64,000 nucleotides of DNA from a bacterium. GTDB taxonomy: Bacteria; Patescibacteriota; Gracilibacteria; UBA1369; GCA-2718715. This document shows, one piece after another, positions 45,997 to 56,500 of this stretch (the first letter of the stretch is position 1; every line of letters begins with the position of its first letter). The translations under genes and the position numbers were made by a program. The notes beneath the pieces are model-generated. The model ran no database searches. It saw only the letters and a list, made by a program, of their open reading frames with translations, and was not told the origin of the DNA. Where the stretch lies: NCBI GenBank assembly GCA_002718715.1, contig PBFJ01000014.1, positions 12,447 through 76,446 on the forward strand, read 5' to 3'.

Positions 45997-47088
45997 ATGA
46001 AAAAAAGTTTACTTTCAATTTTATTAGTACTTTCTTTAACTGCTTGCTCTAGCTCTGTAGTTGAAGATGAATCAAAAACATCTGAACCTGTGAAAATTGG
46101 CGTTTTACTTCCTTTAAGCGGAGGGGCTTCAGCTTACGGTGAAGAAATGATGATGGTTTTAAATCACCAAAATTCAAATTTAGAAACTCCTGCTGAATTA
46201 TATTTTGAAGATTCTAAGTGTGAAGCTGCTAGTGCAGTAACTGGGTTTCAAAAATTAGTTGATATACAAGGAGTTGACGCTATTTTAGGTGGATTTTGTT
46301 CTTCTGAAACTTTAGCTATTGAGCCTTTATTAGAACAAAATGATATTGTTGCTTTATCTGCAACTTCTTCTAGTCCTGAAATCGAAGGAAAATCTAAAAA
46401 CTTAATGACTTTATCTTATAGTGATAATGTAATTGCTCAAACCATGGCTGAGGACATTATGGAATCTGATAGTATTGCAATCATTTCTGAGCAAAATGAT
46501 TATAATATTGCATTGAAAAATTCTTTAGAGTCTATCCTTGGAGAAAAGATTATTACAAATGAAACTTTTGAGAAAAATTCAACTGATATGAGAAATATTA
46601 TTGAAAAAGTTAAAGCTAGTAATCCTGAAGTATTAATTCTAAATCCTAATGTAGGAGATACTTCTATTAATCTATTGAATCAATTAGCTGAATCTCAAGA
46701 TTTCTTTGCTAATGTAAGATTAGTATCACAAGAAACTTATGTAGCTGATGATAGCCGAACACAAGCTCCTGAACTAGCGGAATCTATGACTTTATTTGCT
46801 GCACCTAATTTAACAAGTCAAGAAGTTGATAGCTTTGTAGCTTCTCTACCTTCTACAATTGATACATTAGGAGTATTTTATTCATCTACTGCTAGTGATG
46901 CTCTTGAAAATTTAGTAAGAAGTATTCAAGACTCAAGAAGTAATGGAACTTCTGTTCAAGAAGAATTATCTTCTAATCCTCTTTCTGGATTAGCTTCAAG
47001 TGGTAAATCTTTTGATGGTAATAATTTCCTTCAAGGAATTAAAGCAGGTAAATATATGATAGTTGATGGTAAAGCGGTTTTACAATAA
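45997..47088 (+). CDS. Branched-chain amino acid ABC transporter substrate-binding lipoprotein (LivK/LivJ family)
   Basis: LTACS lipobox, KIGVLLPLSG..SAYG, EDSKC, ILGGFCSSETL. Confidence 0.9.
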   Translation: MKKSLLSILLVLSLTACSSSVVEDESKTSEPVKIGVLLPLSGGASAYGEEMMMVLNHQNSNLETPAELYFEDSKCEAASAVTGFQKLVDIQGVDAILGGFCSSETLAIEPLLEQNDIVALSATSSSPEIEGKSKNLMTLSYSDNVIAQTMAEDIMESDSIAIISEQNDYNIALKNSLESILGEKIITNETFEKNSTDMRNIIEKVKASNPEVLILNPNVGDTSINLLNQLAESQDFFANVRLVSQETYVADDSRTQAPELAESMTLFAAPNLTSQEVDSFVASLPSTIDTLGVFYSSTASDALENLVRSIQDSRSNGTSVQEELSSNPLSGLASSGKSFDGNNFLQGIKAGKYMIVDGKAVLQ

Positions 47089-47095
47089 TCTGTCT

Positions 47096-47121
47096 AAGGC
47101 CTGCTTTGAGTGGGCCTTTTT
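47096..47121 (+). terminator. Intra-operon hairpin/terminator after the binding-protein gene
   Basis: AAGGCCTGCT-TTG-AGTGGGCCTTTTT. Confidence 0.6.
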
Positions 47122-47140
47122 AAATATTTAAAATTTATTT

Positions 47141-48022
47141 ATGGAATTCTTTTTACAAATTATTGCAAACAGTTTGGTACTGGGAACTCAGGTTTTATTT
47201 TTATCTTTATCTTTATATTTAATTAAAGCTGTTTCTAAAATTGAACATGTAGCTATTGGAGCTATTGCAACCGCCTGTGGTTATGGATTTTATCAAGGTT
47301 TGCAAATGGGATCTAATATTATGGCCATAATTATAAGTGGATTAGTTGCTATCACTCTGGGCTATATATCATTTTTAACTTTAGAAAAGTTTTATAAAAA
47401 TAAAGAGCCTTTACTAGGACTGATTGTAAGTTTATCGATGGGACTTTTAATTGAGGCCTTAATTGCAATTGTATTTAAGAGTAGTTCAAAATCATTAATT
47501 GAAGGGATACTTCCAATTGTAGAATTTATGGGTGTGAAATTTACCTTGCCTGGAGTTTACACTTTGGCTATTGGATTAGTCTTAGCTTTGACTGCCTTTT
47601 TATTGGTAAACAAAACTCCGATTGGAAGAACACTTAGAAGTGTATCTGAAAATTCCAGTTTAGTTTCAAGCCTTGGAATTAACCAATTAAAAATCAGAAA
47701 AAGTGTATACATTATAAGCTCAATAATTGCAGGTATTGTTGGAGTTTTGACTGCAATGAATACATCACTAACTCCTAATATGGGATTTAACTTAACTATT
47801 ACAGCTTTTATAGCTCTTTTCGTTGGTGGATCTTCGGATATAAAAGGTACAATTGTGGCGAGTTTTTTATTAAGCTTAATACCCGAGTTTTTTATTAACT
47901 ATGCGCCATCAAGTTTTGAATTTACCAATTCGTATAGAATGTTCTTTGTATTTGGATTAGCATTAATTATTTTAAGCTTTAAACCAAGAGGAATTTTTTC
48001 AAAAAACATAAGACAATCATAA
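47141..48022 (+). CDS. Branched-chain amino acid ABC permease (LivH-like)
   Basis: KTPIGRTLRSVSEN...LGIN; FVGG; KPRGIF. Confidence 0.88.
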   Translation: MEFFLQIIANSLVLGTQVLFLSLSLYLIKAVSKIEHVAIGAIATACGYGFYQGLQMGSNIMAIIISGLVAITLGYISFLTLEKFYKNKEPLLGLIVSLSMGLLIEALIAIVFKSSSKSLIEGILPIVEFMGVKFTLPGVYTLAIGLVLALTAFLLVNKTPIGRTLRSVSENSSLVSSLGINQLKIRKSVYIISSIIAGIVGVLTAMNTSLTPNMGFNLTITAFIALFVGGSSDIKGTIVASFLLSLIPEFFINYAPSSFEFTNSYRMFFVFGLALIILSFKPRGIFSKNIRQS

Positions 48023-48031
48023 TTTTTTACT

Positions 48032-48889
48032 ATGGGATATTTATTAACAGTTTTAACTAGATTCTTTTGGGCCACGGTCCAAGGAGTAGCTGGCCAACTA
48101 AGTATTGGGATGGCTGGAATATTTTTACTTTCTTTATCTGTATGCTTTAGCTTTTCAGCTTATAGCTTTGCAATTTTAAGTAAAAATTTTGAATTTAGTT
48201 TTTGGATTACATTTATTTTAAGCTTGGGACTTACTTCTTTAGTTGGTTTTTTATTTAGCTATTTGTATACTAAAGTCTCTAAAGATAGTTTTACCGTTCT
48301 AGCTCTAAGTAGCATTTTAGGGTTTGATGCATTTGTAAAATCATTTGATGGCTTAACTGGAGGGGTTCTGGGGATCTCTGGAATTCTAAGACCTGCGTTT
48401 ATTGGCAAATTATCATCTTTAGTTATATTTTCAGGGATAATTTTCTTGATAGTTTTAACTATGCACTATTTGGTTGTGAAAAGTAGCTTAGGAAGAAAAA
48501 TTAGAGCTTTTAAAGAACATCCAGTTGCACTTGAATCTCTGGGTACAAGTAAAAATAGTGTTTCTAGATTCGTAATTATCTGGGGATCTATGATTAGTGG
48601 AATTGCAGGAACCTTAGAGCTCATGAGACTGCAATTTTTGGATCCTTCATTTGGTGGGATTCCAAATCTGATTTTGTTTGTATCGATTGCTATTTTAGCA
48701 TTAAAACCCAAAGTTAGCTCTGTAGTGCTAGCAAGTATGTTTGTGGTTTTTGTACCGGAAATTATTAGCTTTTTAAATTTCCCTTCACAATTTGTTGGGC
48801 ATTTAAGAAGTATATTCTATTGTGTTTTACTGATTTTCTTGGTGAGACAAGTTTCAGGAAAATTTACAATATCTAAACGTGAAATTTAA
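48032..48889 (+). CDS. Branched-chain amino acid ABC permease (LivM-like)
   Basis: LTGGVLGISGI; SSLGRKIRAFKE...ESLG. Confidence 0.88.
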   Translation: MGYLLTVLTRFFWATVQGVAGQLSIGMAGIFLLSLSVCFSFSAYSFAILSKNFEFSFWITFILSLGLTSLVGFLFSYLYTKVSKDSFTVLALSSILGFDAFVKSFDGLTGGVLGISGILRPAFIGKLSSLVIFSGIIFLIVLTMHYLVVKSSLGRKIRAFKEHPVALESLGTSKNSVSRFVIIWGSMISGIAGTLELMRLQFLDPSFGGIPNLILFVSIAILALKPKVSSVVLASMFVVFVPEIISFLNFPSQFVGHLRSIFYCVLLIFLVRQVSGKFTISKREI

Positions 48890-48897
48890 TAATTATT

Positions 48898-49647
48898 ATG
48901 ACTAAAAAATCTATATTAAAAATCGAAAATTTACATGTTCAACTTGGACAAAGAATGATCAATCAAGATATTTCTTTAGAAGTTTTTGACGGTGAAATCG
49001 TTGGAATAGTAGGACCAAATGGTTGTGGAAAAACTACTTTCTTTAATGCTATTTCTGGTTTTGCACCAATCGATACAGGACTTGTAAGCATTAACGGACT
49101 AGAAGTTAATAATTTATCTCCTTCTAAAAGAGCTAAGCAAGGCTTAGCAAGAGGCTTTCAAAACGTGGGGATTTTTAAAGAAATGACCTTAGAAGAAAAT
49201 TTAATTATGGCAGTTGAGAATGCTTTGGAGCTACCAATGTACTGGATGTTTAGTTCAAAGCAAAAAAAGAAAGTTGATAAATTAGTAAATAAAGCCTTAA
49301 AAGATGTTGAGCTTTTTGAACATAAAAATTCCTTGGCTGGAGTGCTTTCAGGTGGACAGCTAAGACTGCTTGAAATGGCAAAATTAAATCTAAGTAATGC
49401 TAATTTACTTTTAATAGACGAACCTACGGCTGGTGTATCCCCTGTTTTACGAAATCAATTAGCAGACTCAATCAAACAATTGTCTCAAAAACATGGGAAA
49501 ACTATTGTGATTATTGAGCATGACTTAAAGTTCTTATTTAGCTTGGTTGATAGAGTGATTGTACTAGTTGACGGGAAAAAATATATGGAAGGAAAACCAA
49601 AAGAAGTTCAAAATGATAAGCGTTTGAAGGAAGTTTATTTTGGATAA
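48898..49647 (+). CDS. Branched-chain amino acid ABC ATPase (LivG-like)
   Basis: GPNGCGKTTFFN, LSGGQ, LLIDEPTAG, IEHD. Confidence 0.92.
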   Translation: MTKKSILKIENLHVQLGQRMINQDISLEVFDGEIVGIVGPNGCGKTTFFNAISGFAPIDTGLVSINGLEVNNLSPSKRAKQGLARGFQNVGIFKEMTLEENLIMAVENALELPMYWMFSSKQKKKVDKLVNKALKDVELFEHKNSLAGVLSGGQLRLLEMAKLNLSNANLLLIDEPTAGVSPVLRNQLADSIKQLSQKHGKTIVIIEHDLKFLFSLVDRVIVLVDGKKYMEGKPKEVQNDKRLKEVYFG

Positions 49648-49710
49648 ATTTCATGATCTTATTTTGACATTTTAATGTAAGATGATATTATTAGGAAAAT
49701 ATTTTTTATT

Positions 49711-50349
49711 ATGAAAAATTTAATTTTAACTACATTAATCGGACTAGGATCTATGGCTTGCTCTGGAATTAACTTTTCAGAGAAAGAAAATATTATAGGA
49801 AATTCAAGTGTAGAAAACCCAGAAGATGTTAATTCTATGGAAAAACATTTTCTAAACACCAACCGGACTCAACTTTTAATAGATTCGTTAAGTCAAGATT
49901 ACTTTAATGCTATTGAAGAAATTGATGACTATGAAAATAACACTGGTATAGAAAATCAAAATTTGCAAGATCAGAATTTATCTGGACCATATAATGATTT
50001 TTTCAGAATGAATTCTATAAAACTAAATAATAGAATACATTCACTTAATAACTATATAGATTATAATTTTGGTTTTTCAGCTGTTGGTTATGAAGTTGTA
50101 AGAGAAGAACCTAATTTGATTACATCCCCTTTTGCTTCTTTTAGATGTTATGGAAGTGGTGATGAAGTCGAATATATAAAACAAGAATTCTCTCAAGCAA
50201 CTGTGATTATTGACGTTATAGAATCCAAAAAATTTATAATTTATAATGGAGGCTTAATTAGTGTTTCTAATTTAGAAATCGAGCAAACAGATGAAATTTT
50301 TGAGATTAACGATGGGGAATTCTTAGGTGAGTTTTCAGCAGAAAATTAA
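49711..50349 (+). CDS. Hypothetical lipoprotein
   Basis: SMACSG lipobox-like; promoter TTGACA-16-TATTAT at 49664-49691. Confidence 0.65.
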   Translation: MKNLILTTLIGLGSMACSGINFSEKENIIGNSSVENPEDVNSMEKHFLNTNRTQLLIDSLSQDYFNAIEEIDDYENNTGIENQNLQDQNLSGPYNDFFRMNSIKLNNRIHSLNNYIDYNFGFSAVGYEVVREEPNLITSPFASFRCYGSGDEVEYIKQEFSQATVIIDVIESKKFIIYNGGLISVSNLEIEQTDEIFEINDGEFLGEFSAEN

Positions 50350-50690
50350 TCTAACAATTTTACTTCAATTGCTAAAACACCATAGGTTTCTTCTTGGGTT
50401 TTTGTGTAAATAGAATAAAGTGACTTTAAAAACTCTTGAATATCGTGGTTTTGGGGATATCCAAATTTTCCCATAGGCGTATTTAATAATAGTTCGTGAA
50501 AATTTGGAAAATTTTTTAAGTTTAAAATTTCAACAATTATCTTTTCTTTCGGATTCTCAAGATTGGTAAATTGAATTAATTCATTGACTTTTAACTTTTG
50601 TCTTTTTTCATCGAATAGCCTAATTTCTACTTTTTTAGAACCATTTTTTATCCTTTCAAATGGAGAAGGATTGAGTTTCATACTGTGCAT
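50346..50690 (-). CDS. ASCH/PUA-like domain protein
   Basis: MKL...PFERIKNGSKKVEIRLFDEKR; YGVLAIE. Confidence 0.88.
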   Translation of the reverse strand: MHSMKLNPSPFERIKNGSKKVEIRLFDEKRQKLKVNELIQFTNLENPKEKIIVEILNLKNFPNFHELLLNTPMGKFGYPQNHDIQEFLKSLYSIYTKTQEETYGVLAIEVKLLD

Positions 50691-50894
50691 TTTTTAATTT
50701 TAATTTTAATTTTTATTACTTTACCTTGTTTTTTGGAATTAGACAAATTATAAAACAATGAATAATCTTGACAAGGGTAGAAATATTAGTTTATTGTGCT
50801 AATGTTGATTTTAATGTTGAAATCGACACGCAAGGTCCTGTTTTAAAATTTAAAACAGAGCTATTTTCTATGTTTATTTTTTAATCCCATAAAC

Positions 50895-52442
50895 ATGCCA
50901 ATTAGAGAAGAGCGTTTGATTACCTTACGTAATCTAAACCCAAAACAAATAAATCCTTATTTAGGAAAGGATAAACTCATCCATTTGAATTCTGATGAAA
51001 TACACAGAGCGGTGCATCTTTGTAATTGGCAAATGTTTGTAGATCTGGGAATATTTACTGAGGAAGAAGCTAAGGGACCATTAGTAGAAAGAAACCTTGG
51101 AATGGGATCTGCTATAACATCTTTGAATCCAAATAGAGGATATCTAGCAAGTGGACTACCTAATGATATTAGCAAACCTATTCGAAATATTTTTAACGAC
51201 ATTTTTGAATTTAATGATCAGTATAACCAAATTACGAATTCTGGACCTATAAATGAAATCACCTATGGCCAAGCAAATAGTCTTACTGGTGCAAGCTCAC
51301 TAACACCTGAAGTTATTGATGAGGTTTTAAATTTAAGAGCGAGTCTTTTCTTTGATAGAAACTCATCTTTGATTGATCATCATTTAGGTTCGCTACAAGC
51401 AGCTTTAGACTTAAATAATAAAGCTTATTTTCACCGACTACTTGAGCAATCAGACTTAAAAGCTCCAGAAACTTTTATGGTTAGTTTAAGTAATTCTGAT
51501 TTAAATATATTACTTGAAGATGAATCCAAAGCAAAAGAAAATTTTTTACAATTATTAATTGCGAAATACCCAAGTTTTTCATTATCTACTAATTACTTCC
51601 TGAAGGTAAGTATTGGAGCTGGTGGAATAGGTTTAATTAGAACTGAATCCTCAAACGAAGATTTTCTAGGAATGCTTAAATTCTATAAAGCTACTAAAGA
51701 AAGAAATAGTGAAGTTGAAATTTTAGTTGCAAAACCTCTAGATATAGTTAGTCTTCCTGAAATTGATCCTTTAGATGTGGAAAATCAAATTGCATTTTCT
51801 CCATGTATGACAATGGTAATGACTCCAGATAATTTCATTTTGAGGCAAGCTGCAGAGCAGGTTTTAAAAAATGGAACTGCCTACATTGGAAGTATGTGGA
51901 ATATTCAAATGCAAGAAAATTTACTTTCTGTATTAGGAGAAAGATTTAATGAATTTGGAAGGTTAATTCAATCAACTGGATATACTGGAATTCTTGGAAC
52001 GGATTATATTTTAACACAAGTTCCAGGTGGACCAACAAGTTTAAGCATGGACGATTTACGCAAAATAAATCAAATGCAAGGAAGTGAAAAAGTTGAAGTA
52101 ATGAGATCTATGTTTGATTACACTTTGATTGGAGATTTAAATGCTCGTCAAAATGGTAATGGAGTAGGTGAAAAGGTTAAAACCTCACTTTTGTTAAGTG
52201 GAGTAAATGTCGAGAAAGCTTTTCAATGCGCAAAAACATTAGAAGGATCAAGTGAAAACACATTAGAACTATTAAATGATTCTTTTGGTAGTATGCAAAT
52301 TCAAAGAGTTGGTGATACTTTTAGTGGTGTTGTAATTCTACCTAGTTTAACACCTGAATTTGAAAATAAACTTGGATTAACAACCGTTTTTGTAAATCCA
52401 CAGCTTAGGCCTCAAGAATTTCAAAAATTACTTGATATGTAA
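50895..52442 (+). CDS. Divergent ATP-grasp-fold protein (putative amide/peptide ligase)
   Basis: NNKAYFHRLL...KAPET, FLK...GAGGIG, GYTGILGTDY, DLNARQNG (ExNxR-like). Confidence 0.6.
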   Translation: MPIREERLITLRNLNPKQINPYLGKDKLIHLNSDEIHRAVHLCNWQMFVDLGIFTEEEAKGPLVERNLGMGSAITSLNPNRGYLASGLPNDISKPIRNIFNDIFEFNDQYNQITNSGPINEITYGQANSLTGASSLTPEVIDEVLNLRASLFFDRNSSLIDHHLGSLQAALDLNNKAYFHRLLEQSDLKAPETFMVSLSNSDLNILLEDESKAKENFLQLLIAKYPSFSLSTNYFLKVSIGAGGIGLIRTESSNEDFLGMLKFYKATKERNSEVEILVAKPLDIVSLPEIDPLDVENQIAFSPCMTMVMTPDNFILRQAAEQVLKNGTAYIGSMWNIQMQENLLSVLGERFNEFGRLIQSTGYTGILGTDYILTQVPGGPTSLSMDDLRKINQMQGSEKVEVMRSMFDYTLIGDLNARQNGNGVGEKVKTSLLLSGVNVEKAFQCAKTLEGSSENTLELLNDSFGSMQIQRVGDTFSGVVILPSLTPEFENKLGLTTVFVNPQLRPQEFQKLLDM

Positions 52443-52446
52443 TTTT

Positions 52447-52469
52447 AAGGGGGGAAATCCCCCTTTTTT
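52447..52469 (+). terminator. Terminator after the ATP-grasp gene
   Basis: G-rich/C-rich stem AAGGGGGGAAATCCCCCTTTTTT. Confidence 0.85.
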
Positions 52470-52505
52470 AGTTTATAATAAATTTATACTATTTAACTTT
52501 TTATA

Positions 52506-53465
52506 ATGAGTAATAAATATGTAATTATGATCCATGGAGGAGCCGGAAATATTAAAGAAATGGATGATGAAAAAAAAGCAAAGTATCACAAAAGTTTAGA
52601 AATTATTTTAAAAAAATCTAGCCAAATTTTGCAAGAAGGTGCAAGCAGCTTAGAGGCTGTTACATTGGCAGTTAAACTACTTGAAGACGATGAACTATAT
52701 AATGCTGGGAAAGGATCGGTTTTGAATCACAAAGGAGAGTTTTCAATGGATGCCTCGATTATGGATGGTAAAAACTTAATGTCTGGTGCTGTAGCTGGAA
52801 TCTCCAAAATAAAAAACCCTGTAATGCTCGCGAAAAAAGTTTTAGAAGAATCTGAGCATGTAATGTTGATCTCGAATGAAGCAATGGATTTTGCCAAACA
52901 ATTTGATTTAGAGGCAAAAGAAAATTCTTACTTTGAAACTGAATATAGAAGAAAACAGTTTGAAGAGGCTTTAAAATCAAATAAAGTTGTCTTGGATCAC
53001 TCCTCTTTTGATAAAAAAGGAATTCAAGGTGATGAAAAGAAATACGGAACAGTTGGAGCTGTGGCTGTAGATAAAGATGGAAATATTGCAGCGGCTACAT
53101 CGACAGGTGGAATTGTAAATAAAAAATTTGGAAGAGTTGGCGACTCCCCTATTGTAGGATCTGGAGTTTATGCAGATAATGAAACTGCGGCTGTAAGTTC
53201 GACAGGTTATGGGGAACAATTTATTCGAACTGTAATTGCCAAGCATTTGGCTGATTTGATTGCAATGAAAGGTTTAAATTTAGTTGATGCAATGAATGAA
53301 TCTATTGAATACTTAACCAAAAAAGTTTCTGGACTGGGTGGAATGATTAGCGTTACTAAAGATTATAAATATGCCTCAAACTATAATACTCCAGGAATGA
53401 TCCATGGTGTTGCTAGCTCAGAAGGTGGAATTAATACTTCTTTAGAAAAGCCCTTAAATGCTTAA
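52506..53465 (+). CDS. iaaA: Isoaspartyl peptidase/L-asparaginase (Ntn hydrolase)
   Basis: IHGGAG, NAGKGSV, MDASIMDG, GTVGAVA, ATSTGG, GRVGDSP. Confidence 0.95.
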   Translation: MSNKYVIMIHGGAGNIKEMDDEKKAKYHKSLEIILKKSSQILQEGASSLEAVTLAVKLLEDDELYNAGKGSVLNHKGEFSMDASIMDGKNLMSGAVAGISKIKNPVMLAKKVLEESEHVMLISNEAMDFAKQFDLEAKENSYFETEYRRKQFEEALKSNKVVLDHSSFDKKGIQGDEKKYGTVGAVAVDKDGNIAAATSTGGIVNKKFGRVGDSPIVGSGVYADNETAAVSSTGYGEQFIRTVIAKHLADLIAMKGLNLVDAMNESIEYLTKKVSGLGGMISVTKDYKYASNYNTPGMIHGVASSEGGINTSLEKPLNA

Positions 53466-53485
53466 AACACTTTTTGTACAAAAAT

Positions 53486-53513
53486 ACCTACTTTATAAAC
53501 AAGTAGGTTTTTT
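53486..53513. terminator. Terminator between convergent genes
   Basis: ACCTACTT-TATAAAC-AAGTAGGTTTTTT. Confidence 0.75.
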
Positions 53514-53514
53514 G

Positions 53515-56500
53515 TTATTTTTTGTTTTCATTTTCCCAGATCAAGGCTCCACTGTCATAACTATAGGCACCTCCAAGGTGTATATTCTCTCCATATTTGA
53601 TTATTGCTCTGTCTTTTATTCTTTTTTGATTGATAAGATTTGGGAATTCTCCTCCTCTGTTAGTACAAGCCCCTAGAACCGCACCTTCTTTTTCAGGTAT
53701 TACAACTCCGTCAAAATCATTATCTAAAGCAAACTGAGAAACTCTTTCATACATAAAATCTAAACATGCTGAGTCACTAACACTCTCTAAAAAACTTTCA
53801 AATGGATTAGGGCCAAAGAAAAGATATTTTTTCCCATTTTTAAGTTCTATTTTTTGAAGCATAACTACTCCAACACATCGACCTTTTTCAGGATCCATTA
53901 ATACAAATTCAAAATAGTTTGGGTTCTCCCACATTCTTGCATCTCCGGCTATACATAAGTAAGCACCCATTCTGGCATTAGTAGTTTCTTGTGTTTTTGC
54001 AAAATAACCTTTTATAAGTCTTTCTTTTGATGATTTTTTATAAACTTCACCATTTGAATCATTCATTGACCTTTGCTTTTTACCCGTTGCTAATTTCTCT
54101 TGATATTTATTAACCTCCTGAAGAATTTGATTAATATCATATCCAATTGTTTGCTCAACTAGAGACTCTAAATTATTCTTAAACTTAAATCTAAGCTGTA
54201 AAAATTCTGACTTTAGCTCTTGAAATTTTTCAAAGGTGAATTCTCCAGAAAATTTTTCAAAAATAACATTAAACTCTTTATCAAATCTTTCTTTCTCTAA
54301 TTTATCTTTTAGATCTACCGCATTTGAGGATACCAACCTATTTAGAGTTCCTCGAATCATTTGAGGTTTTCTATCAGCAGGAATTTTTGTATTTTCAAAA
54401 GAGGCTTTTAATTTTTTCAATTGGGATTCTTTAAAGTCTTCGACTCCTAGTTTTTCTCCAGCTTGGTTTTCAAAAATTTCTTGAACGGCTGGCATATTAG
54501 GAGATTCTAAGCTCTTTTGAAAAATTTCATTTTGAAAAATATGTTTCATGTTTTCTCCATAGATAACAGATAATTCTTTTAACGTTAGATATTCTTTAGA
54601 TTTCTCATCATCAATTTTATTAACGCTCGTATTACTTTCTAATATATAATCGGCTAAATTTTCTTGAAAAACGTATTTATAAATTACAAGTAAATCCAAA
54701 ATATTTTGATCTCTATCTTTTGCAGGCTTTAAAGATTCGTGAAGAATCATTGAGAGAATTTTTTCATTTAATTCAAGATCTAAGTCTATATATGGATTAT
54801 CTGGATTTGCTAAAAATATTTGATCTACAAGATTATTAAAATCTGAAACTAAAGATTCTTGATTGGCATCCCTAGAGTTTACAAAATCTTTGATTTTATA
54901 AATTCTCTTAGAATAAGCATCAATTACTTCTGGATTAAGAATCATACCCTCTTTAACTTCATACCCAAGTAATCCACTTAAAGTTGTTTCATATCCATTT
55001 CTATCAAATGTGAAGTGGTCAAGATGGGAAGTTTGATCTCCAAGGGTGGCATTTTTTTCATGAGTAGAATAGTTTCCAGGTGGATAAACCATTTTACACA
55101 TTGAAATATAATAAGGAAGAGATCGGTATTCTTCTAGTTGGTCTTGTGACAAATTCAAATCAATAAGATTTCTTGATTCAATTTTAATTTTTTCAATAAT
55201 TTGAAAAGCCTCTTCTTTTGATTGTGATTTATATACGTCAATGAATGAATTAATGATATGTTTATCAATCGGTCCATCTAACTTAGAATACTCGAAGTAA
55301 TACTTTAAATTTTCAACAGGTTGATTTTTAAGATTAGTTTTGTTAAAAAACTCCAAAAGAAGGTCATAACCAAATTGTTCTCTATATTTACAAACAAATT
55401 TGGCGTAGATATGAGTTTGTTCATTTAATCCTAACTCCTCAAAATTAAACTTTGAAAATAAATATCTATTATCTTTATCGCTTAAGTCGTTTTGAACTAA
55501 ATTATTTAAAATATTTATTGACTCAATTGGAGATTCAAAATTAATACAATTAATAAGATGTAAGAAATCAAAATCCAATTTAAAAATTTCTTGTATAGTA
55601 TTCAAATCATGAATATTCTTACAAAGTTTTTCAAAAGCATTTTCTAAATTGTAATCTTTTTTCTGATAAGAGTTTGATAATGCTTTTTCAAGAGTTGTTA
55701 AATTTTGGGTAATAAAATTAACAAGATCTTGTTTATTAGGAAAGTATTTTTCAAGAATAATAATTTCTCCTATAAAATGGGGTTCTTTTAAAACAAACTC
55801 AAAAAGCATTGATGATCTTAAATCCTCTTTTGAAGTTAATTGGGAAATTCTATGAACTTCAATTCTATTTTCAGAAAGTTTTGTGTAGATTTCATCTAAG
55901 TCATTTAAAGAATATTCTAATATTAAATCATTATTAATCAAACACTCTAAAATGCTTTCAAATTTTTGAGGTTGTGTTTCTTCTAAGAAAAATTTAATTT
56001 TTGGATGATCTAAATTAAAATCAACTGAATCTAATAACTTTATTATATTCTTAGATTTAATTTTTTGGATAACAATAATTATTTTATCTAACTTCAGTTT
56101 ATCGAGTTGGGAAATATTAAGTATTTCGTCTAGAATTCCAACTACGAATCTAGAAGTGAAAATTGATGAATTAGTTTTCAAGAAATCAATAAATTCTTCA
56201 GGTTTAAATTGATTAAGGGTATTACAGTTAAATAGCTTTAAGAAAAATCTAACACCCAAAATCGAATTGGATTCGAAAACTGTTTTTAAGTAAATAAAAT
56301 CTTCAACAGTAGCAATTGCAGAAAAAGAAGTAAATTCTGTAGAATCAAAAAGATTTACAAATTCTGAAAAACTATATTTACCAGCTGATGATGTGATGAT
56401 CTCAAAAATTTCTTTATATTCAATACCAGAGTTGGATGCAACTTCTTTTAACTTATCAAAAAGTTTTTGATGTCCAAAATATGCCTTGCTGGATAAAATA

